Positions 37,570-48,644 of a stretch of DNA of 64,000 bases are shown here, piece after piece. Location of the stretch: positions 24,924,001-24,988,000 of the forward strand of contig OX597821.1 of the NCBI GenBank assembly GCA_951406725.2. The letters run 5' to 3'. The number at the start of each line of letters is the position of its first letter. The first letter of the stretch is position 1. The notes under the pieces are model-generated. The model was not told the DNA's origin. It saw only the letters and a program-made list of their open reading frames with translations, and did no database searches. This DNA is from Octopus vulgaris (lineage: Eukaryota). The position numbers and the translations under genes are program-made.

Positions 37570-39836
37570 CAATACTAACTTCAGAAAACCTGCCAGCCAC
37601 CTAGTCACCTACCGCTCTGGCAGACACACTAGTCAGATCGACTACATCCTCACCAGAAAAAGGGAAAGATGACTGCTTATAAATGCCAAAACCTTCCCAG
37701 GCGAAGAATGTACCCCACAACAGAGACTAGTAGTTAGTGACTTCAGGATCAGGGCTAAATGGATGCCCAGAAGACAACCAGCAAGGAGAAGAAAGATCTG
37801 GAGACTTAAAAATCCTGCAAATGGACAGAGATTTAGAGACATATTACTCGAAGCCTTTAACGAAATAGAAGGGGATATAGCTTCACATGGTATAGAAGAC
37901 AACTGGAGGTTCCTACAGGACAACCTGCTAAGGGCCACCGACCAGATCTGTGGATGGTGCAAAGTCCCCTCCCGACCCAAAATAACATGGTGGTGGAACA
38001 ATGTTGTTGACAGGGCTATTAGACAAAAGAAACAGGCTTGGAAGGACTGGAAGAATGGTGGTAGCTGGGAAGCGTATCAGACTGCCAGAAGGGAAGCTAA
38101 GAGACAGGTTTATTTAGCCAGAGGGGAAGCAGAAAAAATTTGCCAATGTTCTATGCTGTGAGGATGAAAGACTTGAGGTATTTCATGTTGCAAGACAGTG
38201 TGCGAGAGAGAATCGTGACGTGGTAAGAGAGAAATGTGTTCACATGGATGATGGTTCATTTGCGCTGAATGAGGATGCAAAGAGAGAGGTTTGGAGACAC
38301 CATTATGAAAGGTTGCTGAATAAGGAAAAGGAATGGGATAAAGAGAGTCTGCCAAATGTCGACCCAACAGGGGACCAGCTATCTGAGTTGACAGTTCCTT
38401 GGTAGTTAAGGCAATTAGAAGCATGAAAACAGGGAAAGCCCCAGGCCCATCAGGAATTACTGCAGAGATGCTTAAAATATCTGGCAGTGTCGGCTATAGC
38501 CTAGTTACCTGTATAGTTAACCAGGTGATACACGAAGTCATACCCAATGACTAGTGTAGCAGCATAATAGTCAACTGCTACAAAGGTAAAGGTGACGCTT
38601 TAGATACAAATAATTACAGAGGTATCAAGCTGTTGAATCAGATAATGAAGGTTACGGAGAGGGTCATAGCCCAACTGATTAGGGAGAGAGTCAGTTTGGA
38701 TGAGATGCAGTTTGGTTTCATTCCAGGGAAAAGCACCACTGATGCCATATTTCTGGTGAGACAGCTGCAGGAGAAATACCTAGCCAAAGATAAGCCCCTG
38801 TACCTGGCTTTCACTGCAAGGAATGAAGCCAGTATGATCCGATGGATGTGTAATGTCAGTGTGCATACTCGACAGAGTGTAAGTACCTTGAGAGAAAAGT
38901 TGAACCTAAGAAGCATCAGATGTGGTGTGCAAGAGAGACGACTGCACTGGTATGGTCATGTGGCAAGAATGGATGAGGACAGCCGTGTGAAAAAGTGCCA
39001 CACATTAGCGGTTGAGGGAACCTATGGAAGAGGTAGATCTGGGATGAAGTGGTGAAGCACGACCTTCGAACTGTAGGCCTCACCAAGGAAATGACTAGTG
39101 ACCGAGACCTTTGGAAATATGCCATGCGTGAGAAGACCCGGCAAGCCAAATGAAACCATAATCTCATGGCCTATGCCAGGGGCGTAACCAGCCCACTTAT
39201 GCGTACCTTTTCCTTCTTTGGACACTAAAACTCTGCTTGCGAAGACCTGTTGAGGCAAGTGAAATCAATTCAATCAAAAGCAAAATCAAAATCAAATTAG
39301 ATGACTAGCGTCCATGCTAGCAGGGTGCTAAGAGCAGCATACAAGTGTGATCATTGACAGAGTGGCTAATCGGCTTCCATGCCAGTGGCACTTAAAGGGC
39401 ACCATTCGAACGTGATCATTACCAGCGTTGCCTTACTGACACTTGTGCCCGTGCTAGTGGAGTGCCAAGAGCACCATCTGAGCGTGATCGTTGCCAGAGC
39501 AGCCAATTGGCTTCCATGCCAGTGGCACGTAAAAGGGCACCATTCGAGCGTGATCATTACCAAATTCGCCTTACTGGCACCTGTGCTGGTGGCATGTGTA
39601 AAAGGGTTTGAGTGAGGTCGTTGCCAGTACCGCCTGACTGGCCCCTGTGCTGGTGGCACGTAAAAAGCACCCACTACACTCTCGGAGAGGTTGGCTTTAG
39701 GAAGGGCATCCAGCTGTAGAAAAACTCTGCCAAATCAAGATTTGAGTCTGGTGCAGCCATCTGGTTCGCCAGCCCTCAGTCAAAATCGTCCAACCCATGC
39801 TAGCATGGAAAGCGGACGTTAAACGATGATGATGAT
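37570..39836 (+). mobile_element. RTE LINE copy, 5'-truncated, ~880-bp internal deletion of RT core, frameshifted
   Basis: ORFs 37763, 38220 and 38633 match the 1034-aa ORF; junction KPLYLAF/TARNEAS near 38812; repetitive 3' UTR and (GAT)n tail. Confidence 0.9.
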
Positions 39837-40247
39837 ATACACATATATTTTAAATGAGATAAATATGATATATTTTCATATATATCACATTATTCATTCA
39901 TTCTCATATATATACATATCGATACATATAAACAAAACGAAAAGTGAAACCAACTCTATGTAAACATAGAAATATAAAGCCTATACACACTTCAAATCAA
40001 AGTAATATCAATATAAATGAAATGCCCCAAATACAAGCATCAAACCAAACTACCAATAATTCATAATAAATATTCTATATCTACTTTTATATGCACATTA
40101 TGGGTAGCAGCTGTGTGTGTACATTATTATAGATATATAAACACATATACACACACACAATACATACATATACATATATATATACACACACTTTCACATG
40201 TATATACATCACTTTGCATACATACATATATGTGTGTATGTATATAT

Positions 40248-43200
40248 CATCATCATCATCATCATTTAGCGTCCGTTTACCATGCTAGCATGGGTTGGAC
40301 GGTTCTACTGGGGTCTGTGAAGCCAGAAGGCTTCATCAGGCCCAGTCAAATCTGGCAGTGTTTCTACGGCTGGATGCCCTTCCTAACGCCAACCACTCCG
40401 TGAGTGTAGTGGGTGCTTTTTACGTGCCACCCGCACTGGTGCCAGACAGAGCTGGCAAACGGCCACGAACGGATGGTGCTTTTTATGTGCCACCGGCACG
40501 AGGGCCAGGCGAGGCTGGCAACAGACACGAAACGGGGCGGTGCTGGCAACGGTCGCGAAACGGAAAGTTCTCTTACATGCCACCGGCACTGGTAACACAT
40601 CTGCAATTTCCATTGATCGATTTCGATTCTGATCCTCACTTGCCTCAATGGGTCTTCACAAGCAGAGTTTCGACATGCCACCGGCACTGGTAGCACATCC
40701 GCAATTTCCATTGATCGATTTCGATTCTGATCCTCACTTGCCTCAACACGTCTTCACAAGTAGAGTTTTGTGTCCCAAGAAGGGAAGGTATGCATACGTA
40801 GGCTGGCTCCATCCCATGTAGAAGGCCACGGGTTGTGGACTCACTTGTCCTGCCGGGTCTTCTCGCGCACAGCACACTTCCAGAGGTCTCGGTCTCTAGT
40901 CATTTCCTCAGTGAGACCTAAAGTTCGAAGGTCGTGCTTCACCACCTCGTCCCAGGTTTTCCTGGGTCTGCCTCTTCCACAGGTTCCCTCAACCGCTAGG
41001 GTGTGGCACTTTTTCACACAACTATCTTCATCCATTCTCGCCACATGACCATACCAGCGCAAACGTCTCTCTTGCACACCACAACTGATGCTTCTTAGGT
41101 CCAGCTTTTCTCTCAAGGTACTTACACTCTGCCGAGTGTGAGTACCGGCATTACACATCCATCGGAGCATACTGGCTTCATTTCTAGCGAGCTTACGCAT
41201 ATCCTCAGCAGTCACGGCCCATGTTTCACTGCCATGTAGCATGGCTGTTCGTACACACGCATCATACAGTCTGCCTTTCACTCTGTGCGAGAGGCCTTTT
41301 GTCACCAGCAGAGGTAAGAGCTCTCTGAACTTTGCCCAAGCTATTCTTACTCTAGCAGTTACACTTTCAGCACACCCGCCCCCGCTGCTGACTTGGTCAC
41401 CTAGGTAACGGAAACTATCAACTATTTCTAGTTTTTCTCCCTGGAAAGTGACGGAAGTTGGTCTCAGAGCATTTTCAGTGTTTATTGTTCCTGAGCATCT
41501 GCCACATACAAAAACCATCTTCCTAGTTAGCCTTCCTTTGACATTGCTGCATCTCTTATGTGTCCATAGCTTACACTTGGTGCATCTTATAGAGTTTCTA
41601 CCTACACCTTTTCTACAGATCGAGCAGGGCCATCTACCTGAAGGTGTTTGTGATTTGTCTACCTTCCTACTGATTACGACTTTGGTTTTAGCTAGATTGA
41701 CTCTGAGGCCCTTCGATTCTAATCCTTGTTTCCACACCTGAAACTTCTCCTCCAGTTCTGATAGCGACTCAGCAATTAGAGCAAGGTCATCAGCATAGAG
41801 GAGCTCCCAAGGGCATCCTGTCTTGAATTCCTCCGTTATTGCCTGGAGGACTATGATAAATAGGAGGGGGCTGAGTACTGAGCCTTGGTGGACCCCTACC
41901 TCTACCCGGAATTCTTCACTGTACTCATTTCCAACCCTCACCCTACTAGCGGCGTCCCTATACATGGCCCGCACAGCTCTCACTAACCATTCATCTATCC
42001 CTAGTTTTCTCATTGCCCACCAGATAAGGGATCGGGGGACCCTGTCGAAGGCTTTCTCCATGTCAACAAAAGCCAGGTACAGGGGCTTATCTTTGGCTAG
42101 GTATTTCTCCTGCAGCTGCCTTACCAGGAATATAGCATCAGTAGTACTTTTCCCTGGCACAAACCCCAACTGCATCTCATCTAAACTAACTCTCTCTCTA
42201 ATTAGTTGGGCTATGACCCTCTCCGTAACCTTCATCACCTGGTCCAACAGCTTGATACCTCTGTAGTTATTTGTATCTAGGGCATCACCTTTACCTTTGT
42301 AGCAGTTGACTATTATACTGCTACACCAGTCATTGGGTATGACCCCTTTGTGTATCACCTGATTAACTATATGGGTGACTAGGCTATAGCCGACACTACC
42401 AGACATTTTGAGCATCTCTGCAGTGATTCCTGATGGGCCTGGGGCTTTCCCTGTCTTCATGCTTCTAATTGCCTTAGCTACCACAGAACTATCAACTCGG
42501 ATAGCTGGTCCCTCTGTTGGGTCAACATTCGGCAGACTCTCTTTATCCCATTCATTTTCTTCATTCAGCAACCTTTCATAGTGGCATCTCCAAACCTCTC
42601 TCTTTGCATCCTCATTTAGCACAAGTGAACCATCTTCCATGCGAACACACTTCTCTCCTACCACATCACGATTCTCTCTCACACACTGTCTTGCAACACG
42701 AAACACCTCCAGTCTTTGGTCCTCACGGCGCAGAACATTGGCAAATTTTTTCTTATCTGCTTCCCCTCTGGCTAAATAAACCTGTCTCCTAGCTTCTCTT
42801 TTGGCAGTCTGATACAATTCCCTGCTACCCCCATTTTTCCAGACCTTCCAAGCCTGTCTCTTTTCTCTAATAGCCCTGTCTACAATATTGTTCCACCACC
42901 ACGTTATTCTAGGTCGAGAGGGGACTTTGCACCAGCCACAGATCTGGTCAGTGGCTCTCAGCAGGTTGTCCCTTAGAAACGTCCAGCTGTCTTCTACCCC
43001 CTGTGATGCTCTATCCCCTTCTACTTCGTCAGAGGCTTCAAGTAATATGTCCCTAAATCTCTGTCCATTTGCAGGATCTTTAAGCTTCCAGATCCTTCTC
43101 CATATTTGTCGTCTTCTGGTTGTCCTCCTAGTCCTGATCCTAAAGTCACTAACTACCAGTCTATGTTGTGGGGTACATTCTTCACCTGGGAAGGTTTTGG

Positions 43201-43915
43201 CATTTATAAGCAGCCATCTCTCCCTTTGCCTTGTAAGGATGTAGTCAATTTGGCTGGTATGTTGGCCCGATTGGTAAGTGACTAGGTGGCTGGTAGGTTT
43301 CCTGAAGTTAGTGTTACAAATCATAAGATTATTTGCATCGCAGAACTCCAGCAGCCTGGTTCCCTCCTCGTTGCGGGAGCCATAGCCTCCATGTACGCCA
43401 TGGAAGCCCCCAGCATGTTGTCCAACGTGACCATTGACGTCACCAGCCACAAAGATAAGGTCTCTGTCGTTCGTCAATGAGGTAGTCTGCAGTAGAGTGT
43501 CATAGAATCGGTCTTTCTGTCCATCGGGTAGCCCCGACTGAGGAGCATAGGCTGATATAATGGTTGCTAAACTATGATGAAGCACTAATCTAATCTTAAG
43601 TATTCTGTCACTTACTCTGATTACCTCAATTACTTTATCTACCCATTTCTCAGCGATAAGTATACCCACGCCACCAACCCCGTCAGTGTTCCCTGCCCAG
43701 AAAATCTTGTACCTGCGTTCCTTGCCTGTGAGGAACCTAGCTGATCCTCCTCTCCACCTTATTTCTTGCATGCAACATATATCCACACATCTCCGTTCAA
43801 GCATCTCGACTATCTCACTAGACCTACCTTTCAGAGTGCCAACGTTGAGGGTGCCAACCCTGAGGGTGTGGAAGGCATGGGCTCTAGAGACCCTGGGACG
43901 GTGAGAGACCCTGGC
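40248..43915 (-). mobile_element. RTE-clade LINE, near full length, (GAT)n tail
   Basis: Intact APE-RT ORF, 3' UTR with gtgccggtggca repeats and a 98-bp duplication, catcatcat tail at 40248-40265. Confidence 0.93.
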
Positions 43916-43945
43916 ACATATACACATACATATATGCATACACAT
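40841..43945 (-). CDS. RTE ORF: APE endonuclease, RT, PHD-like zinc finger (1034 aa)
   Basis: GTLNVGTL, QEIRW, SAYAPQ, QIDY, QHRLV; NYRGIKLL, FVDMEKAFD, GVHQGSVLSP, YADD; C4HC3 finger; RLRWYGHV and GRPRKTW RTE C-terminus. Confidence 0.95.
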   Translation of the reverse strand: MCMHICMCICARVSHRPRVSRAHAFHTLRVGTLNVGTLKGRSSEIVEMLERRCVDICCMQEIRWRGGSARFLTGKERRYKIFWAGNTDGVGGVGILIAEKWVDKVIEVIRVSDRILKIRLVLHHSLATIISAYAPQSGLPDGQKDRFYDTLLQTTSLTNDRDLIFVAGDVNGHVGQHAGGFHGVHGGYGSRNEEGTRLLEFCDANNLMICNTNFRKPTSHLVTYQSGQHTSQIDYILTRQRERWLLINAKTFPGEECTPQHRLVVSDFRIRTRRTTRRRQIWRRIWKLKDPANGQRFRDILLEASDEVEGDRASQGVEDSWTFLRDNLLRATDQICGWCKVPSRPRITWWWNNIVDRAIREKRQAWKVWKNGGSRELYQTAKREARRQVYLARGEADKKKFANVLRREDQRLEVFRVARQCVRENRDVVGEKCVRMEDGSLVLNEDAKREVWRCHYERLLNEENEWDKESLPNVDPTEGPAIRVDSSVVAKAIRSMKTGKAPGPSGITAEMLKMSGSVGYSLVTHIVNQVIHKGVIPNDWCSSIIVNCYKGKGDALDTNNYRGIKLLDQVMKVTERVIAQLIRERVSLDEMQLGFVPGKSTTDAIFLVRQLQEKYLAKDKPLYLAFVDMEKAFDRVPRSLIWWAMRKLGIDEWLVRAVRAMYRDAASRVRVGNEYSEEFRVEVGVHQGSVLSPLLFIIVLQAITEEFKTGCPWELLYADDLALIAESLSELEEKFQVWKQGLESKGLRVNLAKTKVVISRKVDKSQTPSGRWPCSICRKGVGRNSIRCTKCKLWTHKRCSNVKGRLTRKMVFVCGRCSGTINTENALRPTSVTFQGEKLEIVDSFRYLGDQVSSGGGCAESVTARVRIAWAKFRELLPLLVTKGLSHRVKGRLYDACVRTAMLHGSETWAVTAEDMRKLARNEASMLRWMCNAGTHTRQSVSTLREKLDLRSISCGVQERRLRWYGHVARMDEDSCVKKCHTLAVEGTCGRGRPRKTWDEVVKHDLRTLGLTEEMTRDRDLWKCAVREKTRQDK

Positions 43946-44039
43946 TTATATATACACACGGTCTTACATATATACACATTCTTACCCATATACAGCTATA
44001 CATCCACACAGCTACCCATATTTACCTACATAAATATAT

Positions 44040-45300
44040 GTTATGTTGGCAACTAAGTTCCTGCCGTTTTTTTTTAATTCAAATTTTTTAGAAGGTTTAA
44101 TAGAAAATAAGAACTAATTAATCAATAATGTATTACCCTTGTTATTTACAACTTCTTCCCAACATTCAACAAGATTTTCAATATCTTGTTGGTAGAAATC
44201 ACCCGATTTCGACTTGAAAAATTGATCTTCTCAATTCTGCATCAGTATTGAACGAAACTCCATGCATAGCGTTTGAAAGAGATCGAAAGAGGTGGAAATC
44301 TTTTGGTGCCATTTAGGAGAGTACGGCGGGTATGGCAGCACTTCCCAGCCATGCATTTGAATGGCTTCCTTGGTCATATTGGCAATATCAGGGCAGGTGT
44401 TGTTGTGCAGCAGAAGAACTCCATGCTGACGATTAGGTCTTTTCTCTTGAATAGCTGTGTTGAGTCCATCCATCTGTTGAACATAGAGTTCCATATTGAC
44501 CGTTTGGTTCCATTCAAGCAATTTGTAATGGATAATCCCTTCCCAGTCCCACCATACGCACAACATCGTTTTACGCGGATGAAGATCTTGTTTCACGAGC
44601 AGTGTCACTTGTTTACCGGTGCTAAGCCATTCCTTACACTGCTTCATATTGATGTACAGGCACCATTTTTCATTGCCAGTAACAATTCGGTAAAGAAATC
44701 ATTTGCTTGTGTCCATGAGTTGAGCGGTGACGAGCAAGCAAACTAGCAGAGATTGTAGCTCGTTGATTTTTGTTGTTGTCACTTAAAGCATACGGAACCC
44801 ATGCTCTATACTTCTACACCTTTCCCATCTAGTGAAGATGCTTCTCTATAGCAGTGTGGGAGCATTCCATTTTCTCTACCAGTTCCCTTGTCATTTGATG
44901 AGAATTTTCATGCAAAAGTTTGTTTAGTTGCTCTTCATCAAATTCAACTGGACGGCCAGAACGAGGTGGGTCTTTGGGGTCAAGATTTCCATTTTCAAAC
45001 TTGGCATACCAATCACGAGCGGTTCTTTCAGTTATAGTACCCTCTCCATATACAGTACAAATGTCGCGAGCAGCTTTTGCAGCCTTAGAATCTTGATTAA
45101 AAGCAAAAAGAAGGAGGTGTCAAAAATGCTCATTTTTCTTAACTTGACATTCCGTTTTAATGATCTGAAAATAAACAAAAATTAACTGGAAAAAAAATAA
45201 CAAAATAGATTCCAAACTGATTCAAAAATAGAATTCTCAAAAAAAAAATAGATTCCAAAATTTAAAAACGCAATAAATTCCAAAATGTAATGAAAGCCAT
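44040..45300 (-). mobile_element. Defective mariner transposon (second family), one TIR visible
   Basis: Minus-strand WVPYAL, IVTGNEKW, KTMLCVWWDWEGII, HNNT, YPPYSP motifs; TIR-like gttggcaactaagttcctgccg near 44045. Confidence 0.85.
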
Positions 45301-45430
45301 TTCACTGGGAGGAAATTATTTATCTATAAAAATGTCTTTTCTTCTGATTAAATCAAAATTATTTATATCGTTATTATTTGTTTTAGTTTATTATTGCATA
45401 AAAACGTATTTTACTTTTATATTCATAAAG

Positions 45431-45458
45431 CTCTGAAGATCGAAGGAATGATGATGAG
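45431..45458 (+). CDS. SYCP2: SYCP2-like micro-exon P (SEDRRNDDE), phase 2 to 0
   Basis: cataaag|CTCTGAA...GATGAG|gtaagt; 28 nt, supplies the required phase change. Confidence 0.7.
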
Positions 45459-47608
45459 GTAAGTGTTTCTTATTTTAAGAAACAATGTTTATTTAGCAAT
45501 ATAGAAATATAAAACCCCAGGACCAGTGGATCAAAGGATGGAAGTTAAGATATTCACACATTTCTAAGGGATTTAAATGAGAAATTAAAATTGGAGTGTA
45601 GTCTCATCTATCAGTAATAGCTGTAATAGATGAACTGATATATATTGAATTATTATAAGCTGCTTCTGTTGTGGTGATGATGATGATGGTGGTAATTTTG
45701 TAGCACTCCATCCCAAAAGACCATCAAAACATTAATAGCACCAACCTTTCTTTAGGACTAAATGTACCATAGAGAAAGAAGCTGAGTTAACTGATGTAAG
45801 TTGCAAAGACACTATTTATGCTTGTGTGTGCACATGTGCATGTGTATACACAAGTTTTTTTGGAGGTCATTTGTATGAATTTAGAAAAAATGTATAGCTC
45901 TTCAAAAAAAAGCTGTAATTGAAAACAAATTGGTTTTCAAAATAATCTTGGGCAGACTTTTATCACACCTATTCAATAAATCCATTGCTAGCATCAGTGA
46001 CTGCTTCAATACAGGTCCAGAAATATTTACATACCTGAAGCAGATGATCTTTATCAAATGTTGGACGTAATGTTGGTTTTGGTGAACTTGAGAGACTGTA
46101 TGGTGTTGGGGGTGGGGGTGATTGACCTCTCTATCATTTACACTCCATATGTCGAGTGAGGTGTGGGAGAATATGATCGTGGAGAATCGGGGAACTTTCA
46201 TGAAGCAAGCTATCTCTGTATCACAATGCTGTGCTTCTAAGGCAATGATTACAGCTTACCTTTTCATTCACTGTGTCAACCTGATGTCTGACATTATTTA
46301 CCAAAACTGTAAGGTACAAAAACGTAAATTAGAATTCTTGAAAGAAGTGTCCTCAAAAAACTGATGCACTGTGTAATATATAATACACATATACAGAGGG
46401 AGATACTATCCACTGATGAAGGTAATAATGACACTATGTGTGTGTGTGTGTGTGTATACACACACACACACCGGAGTGATGTTCATATCACAATTGTAAT
46501 GCAGTAAAAACTGTCTACCAAACCACAACATTTCCATTAAATGAAGTTCATAGAAGAGTCAGAGATGTGTTATAGCAGAAACATAAAGAAATATAACTTT
46601 TGAAGTCCAGAAAGTTCAAGAGTATTGCTGATTTCAAATCAATTTCACAGATTTGAGATGCCTCTCAATACATAAACACATGCATATTAAGAATGGTGGT
46701 AGCCTAGCACACCTGAGTTACCTAAACTATTTCTTTTTTTTTTTTTTTTTGATGGTTTAGTCAAAGGAGGAAAGGTTAGTACCCATGATGTTTTTCAGGA
46801 TCTGTAGGATAGAGATTAAGGTTGACTCCTTTAAGACCTGGTCTTAATGGAGTCAACCTTGCTCAAAGCACTCAAGTATCATCATCATACTGCTTGAATG
46901 CAACACTGGTCAGTGCCAGAGAGAGTGACCTCTACATATGTACAGATACCTAGTAGGTTGTAGATAAGGAGGTGAGTGATTTGTGTTTCAAAGAGGAACA
47001 GGATGTTTGTGATGGGAGGGGCAGCTTGGACCAGATTCCACAAATATTTTAAGGAAAAAACAAGATTTGTTCATATTTATAACTTTTGGACTGTGATAAG
47101 AGGTAGTGACCACTACTTTGACTCCTTTATTTTAATGGCTTTGGATGCACTTATCAATATCTTATGCTTGCTGAGAGACTAGTCATGAACTGAGGGAAGA
47201 AGAAAACAGAAGATTATATGCCAGGCTTTTATATATGAGTCCTGTTTCTTGCACTATCTGCCAGCAAACTTCTTGGGAAATGTTTTCCATCAAACAAATT
47301 ATGCCTGAGAAAGAACCATGGGAATTGACACATCAAGAGTTCATAAGATACTCCAGTCAGAACCTAATCCGAGTGCTTGTAAACTCTGCTAGAGACATTC
47401 ATGGGTCATTTGTTGTTTAACTGGGTATATTGTTGAGACTACCAGTTTACTTCTCCCAATATATATATATATTCCCTGAAAATCTTGTACCTGGTTCATT
47501 TACAAGGCCTCTGTGGGTTATATATTAGTTATATGTGTAGAATACTGTTTTTTACACCATGATGTATCCTTTGCTCACTTTGTAATAAACCTCTGAAATA
47601 TGTTCTAG

Positions 47609-47791
47609 TCTGTTGTTAGCAGTAGGTCAGAAGTCAGTGTGCCACAGAAGATACAGAAAACAGTCACAAGAGAAGGTCAATCAAAACATAAGAGTGTATC
47701 TCCAGTCAGTTCGAAACATTTTCCCAGTTATCAAAAACAATCTCTCAATTCAAAACAAAAAGCACAACCACATTCCAAGCAACTGAATCAA
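47609..47791 (+). CDS. SYCP2: SYCP2-like exon Q (SVVSSRSEVSVPQKIQK...KQLNQ), phase 0 to 0
   Basis: gttctag|TCTGTT...AATCAA|gtaagt; frame of ORF 47639..47980. Confidence 0.75.
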
Positions 47792-47796
47792 GTAAG

Positions 47797-47915
47797 TGTT
47801 GTTGTTGCTGTTGCTGTTGATGCTGTTGCTGTTGCTGTTGATGCTGTTGTTGTTGTTGCTGTTGCTGTTGATGCTGTTGTTGTTGTTGCTGTTGTTGTTG
47901 TTGCTGTTGTTGTTG
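47797..47915. repeat. Imperfect (GTT/GCT/GAT)n microsatellite following the exon Q donor
   Basis: Seen directly. Confidence 0.9.
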
Positions 47916-48644
47916 CAATCAGCTGGCAGAATTGCATTGGTAAAAATACTTGGTATTTTTTCTGGCTGTTTACATTCTGAGTTCAAATGCCACCAAGGTT
48001 GACTTTACCTTACAGTCATTTGGGATCAACAAAATAAGTACTAGTTGAGCACTGGGGATCAATGTAATCAAATTGCTAGCCTTGTGCCAACTTTCCTGCT
48101 TCTTCTTAAAATTACTGGCCTTGTGTCTAAATTAGAAATGTTAGCATATCAAGCCAAATGCTCAGCAAGATTTTTTCTAGTTCTTTATATTTTGAGTCCA
48201 GATTTCAGCAAGATCAACTTTGTGGTGATAGCACACTGACTGAAGTAGGATCAAGTGTGATGCAACTGATGTTTGCAGCACTAACTTCAAGTGAACATGC
48301 AATCCAGATAGGTTTCATACTCACCAAGGATTAGGATTGATCGATGGTTTTGAATACCAAGTCTTTTCCCCTGTGGAGGATGTATCACTGATGCAGATTA
48401 ATGATTAGTGATATCAGAGTAAAACAGACCCAGAGACCTAAGACAATCTGGTGAAGGCATGTATGGAAGCTGAAAGATCTCTCGACAAGAGAAGTACTAC
48501 TAGTTGATGTGTATGTTGAAAAAGAGGAGGAGATAAAGACTTTTTTGTTTTCTTCAAGAAAACCAACTGAGCCAAAGATTTGTTGATGAAGGAAGATACC
48601 AACCAAATAAAAGATAACATAGAGTGGTGTGATAGTATGGTTAA

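Noticed and set aside
37298-40016. Diverged AT-rich direct repeats (about 37298-37460 and 39857-40016) flanking the + RTE as possible LTRs or TSD
   Set aside because: Too long and diverged for a TSD, no TG..CA ends, not flush with the RTE; more likely an older low-complexity repeat interrupted by the insertion.
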